DNA from: Azolla caroliniana
Taxonomy: Eukaryota > Plantae > Polypodiophyta
NCBI GenBank assembly: GCA_043228905.1
Contig: JBHGNT010000122.1
Location: 1-64,000, forward strand
Direction of reading: 5' to 3'
Length of the DNA: 64,000 nucleotides
The notes beneath the pieces were generated by a model that did no database searches, had not been told where the DNA came from, and saw nothing but the letters and a program-made list of their open reading frames with translations. This document shows positions 1 to 14,499 of the stretch, in pieces. How positions within the stretch are numbered: the stretch's first letter is position 1; the number at the start of each line of letters is the position of its first letter. Position numbers and translations under genes: made by a program.

Positions 1-115
1 AGCATCTATGATGAAGGAAAAATGGTAGAACCAGGTTTCACATCCATATCTCAGTAATCTTCAAACTGTCATCTGGTGTAAGAGTGAAATTTCATACTAA
101 TATTCACCGCAAACC

Positions 116-3100
116 TCAAAGTGCTCTCGTATTATATGAACCACAATTTTTGCATTTGTGATACAGCCAGTGAAATGGAGCAGAGCTCTTTAGTTCACAA
201 TCATGACAAAGTATCTCCTGCATCAGAAAATCATAGATCAATACTTCTGAAGATGTATAATATATATTGCTTAGAAAATATTCAACTCTGAGAAATTACT
301 TGCTCTCTGTTTCTATACTCTTCAGGAAGTTGTTCAGAAGCTAACAGAGCATCAAGCATACCAAAATAAGCCTGGAATACATTCTCATTAGAGCATCAAT
401 GAATACATGTAGAACAAGAACTTCGTTTAAGAAACAAAAACAAACTATCTAATACTTACATCCATTGCACCTAGAGATTTGCTGCATATGGGACATGTAT
501 AATGGCTATAAGTATACGCCTGAAATATCAAAATTAGTATGAAGCATATTTCTACTAAACTTGGTAATTTGTATTGATGGTAGTTTTTTGACATTGATTT
601 TTTACCCGATAACAATCAGAGTGCATAAAGTGCCCACAAGAGAGAGCCTTCACAGGAGTATGTGATGTGAAAAGAAAATCATGACAAATAGGGCAATTTG
701 ATTCTAGACCCTTTTCCCGGCATTTATGACTCCTTAAAGAAGTAGACATGCATGCGTTGCAAGTCATACAATGGAAGAAATCAATCCCAAGACCTTTACC
801 AACCCTGCACAAATTGCAAGATGGGCAATGGTAGATCTCCCTGCAAAGATTTGAGGTATTTCAACAATAAAATTACTGCAAAAAACAGAATTAAGTCAAA
901 AATAAACTGAAATGTTTTATATGATATGAATCACCTTGAATCATCAAAGAGTTTGCATATACTGCAGTAGTACTTCCCCATGCAAAATCCGTCACACGAT
1001 GGAGTAGAACAGTACTGCGCAATGGGTTGTATCTTCATGCATTTCATGCACATCATCTCCTTTGTTGCTTGTCTGGTATTAAGGGATTAGGAATAATAAG
1101 CCACTCTGTAGTAACAAGATCTTAAAACACTTTTTTTCCATTGAAATCACCTGTCCATAGTATGGTCGCTAACTTTATCGTGGCAAAGTTGGCAAGCAAA
1201 AAGGAGTCCACAGCAGGATGCACGTACTTTGCAATTGCGCTTGTAATGCTCACATCCAAAGACCTGGTTGCTTTCATCCGTATAAGAAGGACACTGATCC
1301 TCCTCAACATCCAAGGATCTTTGAATACCTTGAGAAGCCTGTTGCTGGGCCACAATCCAGCGACTGGAACACTATTGATGTTAGAAATCCAGCAATGAAA
1401 ATCGGAAAGTAAAATTACAGCAACTGTAAACATTAGATGTTAGAAAGTATAGCTCTTGGAAAAAACATCAAAATACCAATAAACTTTTTTGGTATTTACC
1501 TGAATATTAAATTATCAAAAAATACCAGTATACTTAATTTACCACCACATAGGCCCATTTCGCTTATGTTTAACAACTTAGGATCCTCCAGCACATAGAG
1601 AAGAATTCAGGGCATATTTAGATGTTTTTTACCTGATGATAATTGGGAAAAAAATAAAAATAATTATAGAATTATACCTAGTCAATAAATTTTGCATGAG
1701 ATAGTCTTTACGCCTTGGATCAAGAGATGTGTCCCTTGAGACCCTTCGGACAGCAGCTTCAAGCTCCTTCTCATTCATTCTGAAGATATCCTGCCAGCCT
1801 GGTTTGAACTCTGTAGAACCTGACTCAATTTTCCCTTGATCACAAACAGAACTCTCCAAATCTCTAATAGCAGAAGTCTGACAAGAAACATTTGTGTCGT
1901 CATGATGCTTAACTCGGGTATCCTGACGTGGTAGATCACAACCCTTAGTTTCCATACGACCATTTGTTCCAGATGACTGTGCTATGCATTCCTCACTATT
2001 ATGTGTGCCTTTTGAGAGGTAATCTGCAACCAGCTGTAAGCTTTCAGGAGTCCCCGATTCAGGTACTTCATTATCTAAAAGAGGAGAACCAGGTGAGCCT
2101 GCAGGTGTTCCTTTCCACCATGCGCGTAACCATTTATCAAACATGGTGTTCCTAGTCACCTGTAGCCAAGTATCCATCATACTACTTTGTTCTTCCTCAG
2201 ACAGGGCTGTGGTCACCCAAGGAAGCATAGCTTGCAATACTTCAGCACCTGTGGTTCCTATGATCTGGCCGACGATCTTCTCCTGTTCTTCAACAGTGAA
2301 ATGTAAGGAAAACAAAGGCCATAACTCGATTTCTTCTCTTGACACGTGCTGATCTAGAGTGACATGCACAGATTTGCACATGCCCTGCAACTTTGCTGCA
2401 AGACCTTGCCTGTAAAGGATGTCCTCTTCATACAGTTTTATAATGTTTTCTTCACATCCATGGACACTGCTAGAGCCTTCTGATTTTTCTTGAATATGGG
2501 ATAGCTCAGAGAGCAAGCTGTAGATTTCTTTAAACAGCTCTTCTTCATGTTTGTGATCTATGGTATAGGAGTGACTTACATTGTGAAGGGCCTCTCTTGC
2601 TTCTAGAGCAGGAAAGACAATGTCATCTTCTGCATTGCTGTGAGCAAGATACAAACCCCATAAAAGTCTGAACCTGCCATTGAACTGTCTTAAAAATTCA
2701 GCATTACAGCCAACTAGCTTCGCTGATTCATCATCGAGGTATTCAAGATCTTTCCGGATTGCTTTATGGAACTGAAAGATTGTATCAATAGGTTTCGACA
2801 TTGATCCTTCTTCGGGATTTCTAAGATTGTTTCCCAAACCAAATAATCCTGAATCAAGGTAACCTCTGTGAAGGGATTTCGACCATGACGTCTTCATGGA
2901 TCTTCTTCTAGATCCTGACGCAAAGACAGAACCACTAGTGCCTACTCCCAAAGCAGGTACACAACAACGAGCAGGTTGACTAGTTTCTTTTGGTTGATTA
3001 CTCTTTAAAGTTGATAAGATTGCTTCAGGCATTACCTCAGTGCTACTGTACACTAGAAATTTTGTCACTACAGATTCTGGATTAGCATTGGCATTTTTTC

Positions 3101-6100
3101 CTTGGTTATTGGATGGTTGGGAGGACTTTTGTTCTTCCTGAGATAATTCCCCAGAAAAATAGTGTTTATTAAAGGAGAAACAACTCACACCACCAGAAAC
3201 TATGGAACTATGATATCGCCCCTTACAAGCCCATCCCAAGAGCAATGTTACCAAAGCTGCATCGCTTTCCGGTGCTGCAAACCCCATTACCAACAAAAGA
3301 GATTAACAATCGTAAAAGTTCAGAAAATGCTAAAGAGAAAACAAGCACAGTTGATAGGTCATTTTACTCTTCAATCAGCAACATCCACGCTAGTTCCTAC
3401 CAGCATCTTCTTTTAGAAAAAACAGTGACAGACACTAAGGACATCAATATGAGGCACTGTTGAACCTTCACACTTCTAATGTTGTTTCCTGAACCGGCCA
3501 TGCATATGAACCAAGGGGATAGATTCTGACTTGATGAATGTTTTGCCATAAAAGGATTTGAGAAATGTCTCCTCAAATCATAGTTCAGTCAAGATCCTTC
3601 TCTAAAAATGAATTCCATGTGCATATGACAGATTAAACAAATAAATTCCTCCTTCCCATTTTCTATGTTGATTGCCAAGTATGCAACTTTATACTGTGAT
3701 TATTGATCAATGAAATAGAGAGAAAGAGGCAGAGAAAGAACCTGCTAAACATATATTTTGAATCAGATTGTCAACTTCATCCTTATTAAGTGCATTTATA
3801 AGCCAGGGAAGGACCTTCTCCAGTTGTTTCAAAGGCATAACACGGAGACATTGATACACCAAACCTTGTTGCTCTTTGATACTTAAGTTGTTTTTTGCAA
3901 GAAGCAACACCTAACACAAATGACAATACTGTCAATGCCTGCCACTGAGAGGTCTTATTTCAGGTCAAAAAACAGCTTGCATCATAAAAAAAGAGAGGAT
4001 GACAACACTATCTATCCAAAAAACAGTTTGGTCAGACCATTACTACTTTCTAGCATTTTTACAATTGATTAGAAAGTGAGAGCTCAGGGCTTTCCACACG
4101 CTTCAGTAAAAAAGCCATAGTGGTTACACTTAAGTTACAAGCCACACAGCCTTACCTCTTCTGATTCATCTATTAAACTCTGGCTGATATTCTTGCAAAC
4201 CAGTTTTGTATGTTCATGGAGAGTGTTGAGCATCTCAACTGTCAGGGATACTTTTCTCATTTGCAAACTCTCAAGTAAATGGCGTATATCATCAAAATGC
4301 CGCTCTTCTTCAGCATGTTTAGAGGTGAAACACATATGATATTTTGTTTTTTGTCGTATTGTTGGGAGTAAAACCTTTTCAACAGCAACACTGTGAAAAC
4401 ATTCAAAATCATTAACGCATGCTTTGCTGTTGCAGGATTTGTTCTTTAAATAGGTAAATATTAAAAGGTATTAACAAGATGCATATGCTATCTTGATTAT
4501 GAAATACAGCTTAACAATTATTCTCAATGGACACATCAATACTTGGACTACATACACCTCTGTAACAGCAATGAAATAATATTGAGCCACAAAGAGCAAT
4601 GAATAGCTGATATCACCAAAAACCAACTAAGATTAGAGGAATAGATGTGAAAATAAATTTAGCGCATTTACCTGCGGAAAGTGCAAGCTTCCACCAAGAT
4701 ATGGAAGCAATCACAGAATCCCGAAAAATCTGTACCCATCGTTGATCGTAGTTTTTTGGCTTCATCTATTAGACGGGTGAGTTCTTTCTTGATAGCAGTG
4801 TGCCAATATAAAACTGTATCAACAGGAAAGTAGCTCTTCATTTGTACTTCTACTTCACCATGACTGTCGAAACCAAGGCAGTCCACTTTCCGCTTAGAAG
4901 GTAAGATATTATTCCCTTCCACAATACCAGGCTTACAATGAAAGTTGCCTTCATTTGCCTTTCTTATAACGATAGGTTTAGCAACATTTCTACATGTGTC
5001 CACGTTCATGACAGAATCTTCAGGAGCAATGTCTTGTAACATTGCATGCGGTCCTCTGAGCCATGCAAATATAACCTGGACAAACACAAACTAACATCCA
5101 TAAGCTCAACAAAATAACAGCTTTCATTGCCTAAATTTTTCTAAAAGGTAAGAAAACCCGTACCTTTTGAAGTAGTTCTTCCTTTGGGATGATTTTCTGC
5201 ATGCAAGCAATCATTTCTTGGTGTTCCTCCTGTGAAAGGTACGATACCAGCCAAGGAAGAAAGATCTCCATGAGATTCACAGGAATGCTGCACATAAATT
5301 GCCATACAAGTCCTGCTTGCTCCTCAAAACTGAAATGCTGTATCAACAATGGATACACCTACAACCATGAAATTCAAGAAACGCTGACATAAATCCAGAA
5401 ATACTTCAACTAAAACTTGAGCAGCGACAAACACTAAATAAGCTCAAAATCCATAATAGCATAGCTGGAAACTTGAAAGAAAATCTACTTTAGTGGAGTT
5501 TCATTATAACATAAATGCTTGCATAAACACAAATAATATATATGTATATGGAAAGAACAATATATTAACATCTATTAGAAAGAAGATAAGATATAATAAT
5601 GTATTTTAATAAGCTCAAATGGCCTATAGAACCAACAAAATTGCATCCAAATGAAATCGGATATCATATCTGGTAACAATGGAAAATAAAAGGAAAAAGG
5701 AAACTCTATCTACGGTAAACGGAATGCAGTTAATCAAACAGGGGTAATATGAATTGAGTGACATGTCAATAGTACGAAAACTACCCATACACAGGAAGGG
5801 AACGCATTTCACAAGATTTCGCATGGATCTCACTAGATTGACATGAATATCCTTCATAGATTATAGTGTTCAGATCTGTGCAATAGAGATCTTTGAGAAC
5901 AATCAAGCCAGATGACTAGCCAACGACATTCCTCACAAGATCTCCCATGGGTCTCTCTAGATCGACATCAATATCCTACATACTTTACAGTGTGAAGATC
6001 CACGCATTAGAGGTCGTCGAGAACAATCAAGCCAGATGACTGGCCAACTAGGTTCCCTTAGAGGGATGCTTTAGAGATGCCGCCAAGGTATGGTGTTGAA

Positions 6101-9100
6101 AATGCCCTTGCATCTACGAAGACAGTGAAAATGCCCTTGACTCTCATAGAAGGCTGATCAGCTACAATAGATTAATGTGCATAGTGTGGTGTGAAAGACA
6201 TGTGCTTGCACACTATACATTAAAGAACTTGTAGACAGAGTCATCCTGTAAACCATGTCTCTGTAGCAACAACCATCAAACTAATATCAATCCCCATCCT
6301 CCATGAAATGCCAAAGGCAATCTCTCAGAAAAATCAATCCTCTTTAATGGGATGTCTAATTATGCCTTGCCTCTACAAACGAAATGCTCCTCATTCTCTG
6401 CCTCTCCAATGAAAATCAAACATATCCTCATGTACAGGCCATAGCAGCAAGGTTGCCGAATGAACCAATCTGCTTGAATTTCATAAATTGGTCTAGATTA
6501 GGTTCTAGAGAGTATTGGTAGAAGAGAGAAACAATTTTAGAAATATTGCAGAAGCTTTTCATACATTTGAAGAACTGTGTGATATCGTTTTTTGTATGTG
6601 TTTGGCTATTTGATGTAACTTGACATATACTTGAAATCAAAGCCATCACTTGCAGAATAGACCTCAGACTTTCGAAGTAAATTATCTGTACTTAGAAATG
6701 GTAACTAAAAAAGGCGATGGATAAATGTTCATAGGCATATACATGAAAACAGATCCTGTCGACTATTTATCACCCTGTCTAAAGTAGGCACTGTGTATGC
6801 CATTAGAAAATAAATAATATTAGATACCTGGAAGCAGAAGATCTGATGCTAGAAAGACAACTTAATAAATGTCCAGACAAAGGTCTTATTTGTTTAAGTG
6901 CAATGAATCCCTGTTCTAGATGTATACGTTCAGAATATACAAAACCTTATGAGGTTATGATGGGAACTTCATTCTAGTCTATATTCTGAAATATACTGAT
7001 ATTGATAATATATTAAGAAACTGGTAAAATATACATTAAGAAGGGCATGGTTTACCTGCTGCTCTTCCTTTGAGAGATGTTGACAGAGAGTAGTTTGAAT
7101 AGCCTCTGTGCAGCAAATAAGTTGTCGCCGCAATTTGGTTGTTATATTTGATTTCTCCTTCAGTGCAAGATTAAGTAACTCTAGCATCTGATCAAAAAGA
7201 TCACTCTCCTCCTTGTGCTCTAGTGAATAAGTCTTTGCTACATTTTTCACTCGACTGTCAAGAGCTGGAAATATAACCTGTTTAACAGCACTCCATTCAA
7301 TCCATGCAAAATATTAGAACATAAAAACTACACTAGTCATTTCAGTCCCATTCTGTAATTTTCTGGTAGCTTACATTATAGCAGCAGAATAGTAAATTTG
7401 AGAGAAATTGGATTAATATTAGCTCAAAAAATGCTCCAATGACTTTCTACCTGAACTCAATGGGTGTTACCATCTTTAATATCCTCTCTCATTCTCAAAT
7501 TTCTCTCTTACAATCAGGGTTTGTGCTTCTTCCACATCTTAACAGTTTCAGGGTGTGCTTATTTGAAGTTTAACTTTTTTACTATTGATATTTAAAATAC
7601 ATTACAGACAACTTTATGTATATTGTCCTTTCTTATGCAGATACGCAAATAAGTGATCAAATCAGCATTGTCCAATATCCACAACCCACACACAACAAAA
7701 GGAGCATCAGATCCGAGGGCACAAGATACGTCTCTTACAACACTAATCAACAACAAGGTAAAAATAATACATGAGATTTTACTCAGTCTATATGGGATGG
7801 TAAGGATAGAAGATAAAGAGCTAGAGATGCAAGAGCTTAAAAATCAAGAATTACAACATTTAATGTAAATATAACACATCCAACTACCAAGCTCAAGATG
7901 TTATAATCTCCAAATTTCTTGAAACGAGACTTGCCTATAGTCTTATCTTTTTTTTTCTTGATGAGTATGAACACCCAGAAGATAATATGAATGAAACATT
8001 AATGTATGCAAAAGGTAAGTCTATAATGCATACTGCTATTAGAATGAGAATATATAGGATTGTTTGCATATAGAGAAAATGGCACCAGAGAATGAGAAGC
8101 TTGAATTTCTCTAATCTAAAATAAGACATTCTCAAAGGCTTCAAAATTTTATTCATAGGAAGCCACTGCAAGAAACAAGCGAAGCTTGCAATCCACAAGT
8201 TCATTACATATGATTTTTCAAGTTTGTGAGAGCATCCAAATTATCATGGATGGAAGAAAAAAGACAAATCAGATATGCTTGTCTCTAATTGCAACATTGG
8301 AAAAGATGAATGGTTCATGTACAACTATACATTAGACATCTTGTTTTTGGTTGCAAATGCTAACATATCAAAGCCACAAAACAATCAAAGTGTTTGCAAG
8401 AGGCTAAGATCATTCCATTGTTCCATTCTGTGACCCATGCATGATAATAACATATCCTAACAAAGGAATGATAGATAATCAACATGCGAATTTGTAGTAT
8501 AATAATAGGGAAGACTTGAAATAAAGAATCTCTTGATACAAAAGAAACCGTCTATGGGAAAGATGCTCATGATTGATATGATAAAAATATCGGTTCACAA
8601 CATCAGAAAACTACACATGACATACCCAAATTATACAGGGCTCACAGATCCTAAAGTAGACAAAGAATACTTGCAAACTGTGCATCTCTCAGATCTAGCA
8701 ATGGCTAGCATTGAATATGGTGTCATTAGAAATTCAAAGCTTCCTTAAACTCTGAACAACCTTAAGGTCAGAGCTACCATGGTCTAAACACAGAAGATTG
8801 TATGATCTGGTTATACAAGACGCAAAATAACAATAGATGAACACCCCAACGAGTTCAGTAGAATGCATTGTAAAATATGATAGAGGAGAAGTTGCATAGA
8901 TAGTGTTTGAATATTACCAACACTTCAAGCTGTTGATAGCATCAATACATGGAATCAAATGCGAGAAAAATGTGTGTTAAAAGGCTTACTTCATGTTAGC
9001 AATGAAAAAAGCATTAAAAGAGCATAAAATATATTAGAAACTCGACTGTTTTTTCCAGAATTATGAAATTCCTACACTCACCATATGAGCAATTTACATA

Positions 9101-9530
9101 TGGCTAATTTACATATGTTGGACTAATATATAACTATTATATCTCAAAGCATAATCTAATACCAATCTCTAACCATATTATAATGCAAAGTCTAATCTGA
9201 GAACAATCTCAAATAACATTTAAAAGAAAACGACCAACATACCTCATCCTCAGCATTACTGTGTTGTGTGTACACAAACCGCAAGAATTCGTATCGATCA
9301 TGAAGGACTAGGAACTCTTCTTCTCCTCCATTTTCCACAGCAAGCGCATCAGCATAGAGTCTCTCTAACTCTGCTTTGATTGCCTTGTGGAAGAAAAGGA
9401 ACTCTAGGATCGGAAAATTCCTTGCAGCTTTAGATGAAGTTGATGTAGTAGTAGTCATAGATGTAGATGTTGCTTCTTGAACGAACAATGTACCCAGACG
9501 AGGATAATCCACTTCTACTGAACCTTCCAT
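116..9530 (-). CDS. BTS: BRUTUS/HRZ-like hemerythrin + CHY zinc finger + RING E3 ubiquitin ligase (about 13 exons)
   Basis: Exon translations give hemerythrin motifs (FFHKAIKAELERL..HSNAEDE|VIFPALD; FHKAIRKDLEYL..HSNAEDDIVFPALE), CHY (GCEHYKRNCKVRASCC), RING (CPICHDFLF..CGHFMHSDC) and a terminal Zn ribbon ending CGSYNTRAL* (stop 116-118). GT-AG exons include 9530-9243, 7277-7056, ~5359-5164, ~5075-4672, ~4390-4156, ~3910-3742, ~3290-1678, then small exons down to 218-116. Confidence 0.93.
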
Positions 9531-10518
9531 AGTGCTCGATTTCAACACAACGACCAAACCCTCTAGAGAGAGAGAAAGTTGAGAGTTTTCCTGATATATC
9601 TACAATGATGTTTGTGCATAAAAGAGATGTGGTTATCCTCTTTCACTGGTGTTTCTGATGCACATAACTGATCATATTTGCGCATAAAATACATGAAACA
9701 TATCCGATTGACTAATGTTTCTGATCCTTTCGATGCTATTTGCACCTAAAAGAGAAGTAATTTCTTCCTCTATTTTACTAACGTGAATTCTTTTTCTCTT
9801 TTGGTCCCTGGCAGTGGATATGACTTTCTTTCTTTCACTATATCAACAAAGCAGCTTCGACATAGAGATCAAAACCATAGAAAAAAATAAGAGCTTTCTC
9901 CGCTGATATCTGCACATGGAAGAGAGAAAGTCAATCATGTTTTACTAATATATAATTCTCTCTCCTTTACTCTGTTTTACTCACAAGAACAAGAAGACCT
10001 TTTTCTTCTTCTTCTTCGAATGCTGCTACTTCTTCAGGTGTTGTAATATACGCTGTTCAATCCGACTGTACCTCTTTCTCTTTCTCTTTCTCCTGCGTGT
10101 GCCTATAAGCTTTTGTAATCTATCCGACTGTATTACTCTCTCTCTCTCTCTCTCTCTGTGTGTCTGTGTATGTGCGTGTGTCCGTGCGTGCGATAGAATC
10201 TGTGTCTGTATGTATAAGAAAGGGGGGGGGATGGAAAAAGCCTGTGTGTGTGTGTGTTATGTTGGGCTCACACATCTGGGCACGAGGCGACCTCAGTCTG
10301 TCGCATGGCCTGGGACAGCCTCTCTCTCTCCTCCCCTGCTCTCTCTGTCTCTGTCTCTCTCTCTCTCTCCTCCCCTGCTCTCTCTGTCTCTCTCTTTCTC
10401 TCACCTCCCCTGTTCTCTCTCTCTCTCTTCCTTTTCCTTTCTTGTTTTCGTCGTTCTTTATCCATCCCCTCGGTGCTCACTCATCCTTTCCTTTCCCCCA
10501 TCTCACCCCAGCCTTCAC

Positions 10519-10680
10519 GAATTATGAATCAAAGGAGGAGGAGGATTATCATGATCATGATGAATGGTAATGACTGATGATGATCATGATGAACGATGAT
10601 GATGATGATGATGATGATGATGAATGATGATGATGATAAATGATGATAAATGATGATAAATGATCATCATCATCATGAGC
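10519..10680. repeat. (GAT/ATG)n low-complexity tract; CT/GT microsatellites at ~10135-10440
   Basis: Direct inspection of the BTS upstream region. Confidence 0.85.
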
Positions 10681-13600
10681 TTGATGTACTTGACCATTGC
10701 GCGTTAGTGTTACCACCTGCCCAACCGTCCGTCAATTTCTAGCTCCTCACCTACATGCCAGATGCATCACTTCGCCCCGTTTCATCGTGATTCCCGCTCG
10801 AAATATGTGCACAACCTTGTTGCTTTGCTTGACATCAGGGGGGGGCACGTAATCTTCTTGACCACATATGCAGATATTGTCGCTTCGACATTGGGGCTGC
10901 ATTAACCCACGTCGCCTCGCAAACCCTCACACCCACCCACATAATTTGCTCGAGATGGGTTTGACCCGAGGGTGGGAAATACACATGTGCCCCCCCCTAC
11001 ATTATTTTCTCGAGTACCAGAAATGTTACCCCGCTTGTTAGGGGTAATTTTGTGTACTTCTATGCAATCAATAATTGCATCAAGACCGATGTGTTGCTTG
11101 AAAGGTTGATCGATACTCCCTAATCATTTGCAAATTACACTATTCACCATTTATAATAAGTATAGTGTTAATAAATGTATTCAACTTCGTCACTAGTGTT
11201 TTTGTAATAATTACGAATTGTAATTTGTGTTCCTTAAAATTATTAAGCATTGGTGGCATTAGTGTTACTCGTGATCATTGACATCATCATTAATAATAAT
11301 AATATTATTATTATGACAAGTAGCATGGGGGTAGTGTTAATCATAATATGTAACGTTGCGGTTAGTGTGCTAATTAACATTTACCTTGGTATTAATTACA
11401 AAGATAAATTTTCCTTGATCACCTATATTTCCCTTTCCCCTTATGTAATTAAGTGCAGCCTAGTAAATTTTAATTAATTAACCCCCAATTAAAGATGCAT
11501 CCTACAAAAAGCGTCCTACTAATGCTTATTGCTCCTTGTGCACATCAATTGGTTGAAAATCAAGCATCATGTTATGTTCCAAGTCAAATTCACTCATGCT
11601 ATTTGATTACAAGCACGATCACATTGTCAAAAAATGCATACGATGATGTGCTCTATGGTGTTAAAGTTGTTTGATAGTACACAATGGCTTGAAACATATG
11701 AACACATCGAAATTCATGTATTTACAATGTGTGTTGGGTCGACATCACTTGAGTAACATGTTAGACAACAAACATATTTATAAGATTAGAGAACTTCATC
11801 ACTAATTATGTAGAACAATAAATATGACATTTCGTGACTCTATGTCAAATCACATGTTGCCTACACTTCCTATCGAATTAAAGAATATGTTGTAGAACAC
11901 TGTTTGTTGTTGTTGTGTGGAAACAAGTGATCTTCATAATAGTCGCGGCGATTATGATCAAGATACTCTAATGCAAACATTCATGACCCAATATATGTGT
12001 TAGATAGTAGACCCCTCTATGCATATATGGGAGTTGAACAACTATAGTCCAACCATTTTGTTGGTTATTCAAGACAATCCTAACACCTACTAGCTTGACA
12101 TTGTGATGGGTTTGTGCTTAATGCTTGCCCATTTTAACACAACTTCCACCCAATTAATGCATAAACAAGCTTGAATTGTATTTCTTCCACTGATTTCATA
12201 AGCATCATTGATCATTTTAAATTGTATTATTTTTATTACAACCTTCACTAGACAAATGTTTTTGTACAAATGATTGTTTTATGAGACATATGTATTCGTT
12301 CATATATTACTTACATTACAATGCATGCATTCGGAAGTTTTTGAAATGATACCCATGTACCCTTTTGTAAAACTATATCACAATAATGCATGCAACATTT
12401 ATGTGGTGCATTGTATGCCACCTAACAAAGAAATCTATGAACATAAAGACGACAATCATTCTTCTCGTTAACAATTCCAAACTCCTTAAGAAACAAAGAG
12501 AAAGCTAGTGCTTAATAATGGAAAATGTGAGTAGATGGTGTCTCCATATATTTCAATGTATTTAAGTTATGATTCTTATAAGTACAAATTGGATCAAAGG
12601 GGAACGATTATTCCAAACCGTCGTCTAAATAGAAATAGGAAAATCGCAATAATACTTCTACAAACCTTGGTTGCTAATATGTTATCACAAGCTTTAATGG
12701 TGTGGTAATCCATAAAAGAATGTTTTTTGTTTCTTGATAATATTAAAAGAAGTTGAGGCTAATAACAAATCACTAATGTTATGCTAAATGACTATTGTCC
12801 TTACATGGAAACCACAAAAGACAAATATATTTATCAATATCAAGTGGATGAATATTGTCGCAACACAATATAATTTAATTGAACAAAACGTGGAAAGGAA
12901 GTCCAAGTAACTACATGGTCTACTTATCTGACAACATCGACAAGAGATATTGATTAGACAAATATTCTGGAATAATGGCGAGGACAAAACCAGAATTGTT
13001 GTTAACCTTCCTTGTATATGATAACTCTAAACTCTACAAAGATTAACAAGGTAGTTGTGTGTTTCTCAAATAAATAAGATCTTATTTGGCTATAACCCCA
13101 AACTCAAGTTCATAAGGTTGCAAAAAAGGTAACGCGAATACTAAATGTGAAGGAGATGTAAATAATTTGTGAATATTTGAGATTTGGGTTGTATAAATAA
13201 CTTATCCATTTCACATTACTCCAAGCTACAACTATTTCTTGCTCAACAATTTTAATAGAATTACAAGACCACCACTCTTAAAAAGAAAGGAACAATCTTA
13301 TACTAAAAGTTTGTAAATCTCTCTCATCTCCTAGTGCACTCGCATTTCAACGACAATTAATATATACATACATTAAATATACTTCATTGATCATTCAGTT
13401 AAAAATAAAACAATATGTTAACTCTCATTCTTGGATCCTTATTTAAAGTAAGTTTGATGATTTGTCATGAAATTTGTAGGTGATGCACTTGGAAGATAGA
13501 ATAATAGGATAAAGTCATCCTTGATGGAATCAATGGCAAATCAAGATGGAAAGTATACGTTTTTCTATTCAGCTAAGATTATATAGAATTGCAAGTTCAT

Positions 13601-14499
13601 ATCTACAAGGAAGTATGAGGTGATATGTCATTATAAAAAATAGTAGACTTACGAAAATTACATATAACTCTAGAGTCCAAGTCAATGTCGACATTCGCCA
13701 TGAAATCAAGAAGTTTGATAATATTACTTGTGAAGAATCATAATTTTGCAAACCAATATAGCAACAAAGCTCTGATCGTGATAACATTTGTTATTGTGCA
13801 ATCTGCTAGTGACGAGAAAGTTCCACGCCATAGTACTATATTTGAGGAATTATCTATGATTGCATGAACGTCGATGTCCATCCTTACACGTGATGCGCCC
13901 ACAAAACCGGAAAATATGGATCTAAGATTCATAAGTGTTTTCTCGTGACAATTCATTTATTGTATTTTCTCGTACATAGTTTCTTTGGCTTTGAATGGTA
14001 TTGTTTCAAATTATTAGAGACAATGTTCAATTTCCTTATTATTTTCTTTAAATTTATTGAATTCCTTCTTCATTTTGACTATTCTACTAGTAGTTGCTCC
14101 ACTACATCACTCTCTATCTCAAGTTTGTGTGTGCATTGTCTTCTTTAGAGTACAACATTATCTTCAAACTCTTCTTCTCCTTTTGAAGCATGACAAATCG
14201 AACATGTGACACCAATCCATTTATCGAGAGTAATAACCATTACGTGCCATCTATGTATGACCTTCTTAACATAATCCTACTATAGTAGAACCAATAGAAG
14301 TTAGTATGGAGTTTCTACCATATGTAGAGATTGGACAAATAGTGAGTTTAAGACACACATGTTAGTTATACAACCAAGTTACCAACCATGAGATAATAGG
14401 ATAGAGCAAATGTATTACCATCCATAATAATGCCAATTTGACCTATTGGTTCAAATTAACGTATCATATTGTATGTGACTCCTTCCTAAGAAGTGGTTA

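Noticed and set aside
9563-9745. His/Cys-containing upstream ORF before BTS
   Set aside because: Its end coincides with a strong polypyrimidine-AG acceptor (CTTTCTCTCTCTCTAG on the minus strand), so it is probably 5' UTR intron sequence. There is no conservation evidence.
10099-10577. Overlapping ORFs rich in SL/RE/CV repeats (similar ones at 29035-29460, 43504-44019, 56554-56851, 59830-60126)
   Set aside because: These are translation artefacts of microsatellites or pyrimidine-rich UTR/intron sequence.
10519-10710. Asp-rich (GAT)n tract upstream of BTS as a possible IRON MAN/FEP peptide gene
   Set aside because: No C-terminal APAA-type motif was seen and the frames are broken by stops. It is a simple repeat.
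11500-14300. Possible decayed DNA-transposon coding sequence (also 26700-28870 and 55400-56550)
   Set aside because: It looks like eroded TE coding DNA, but no diagnostic motif or termini could be identified by eye.
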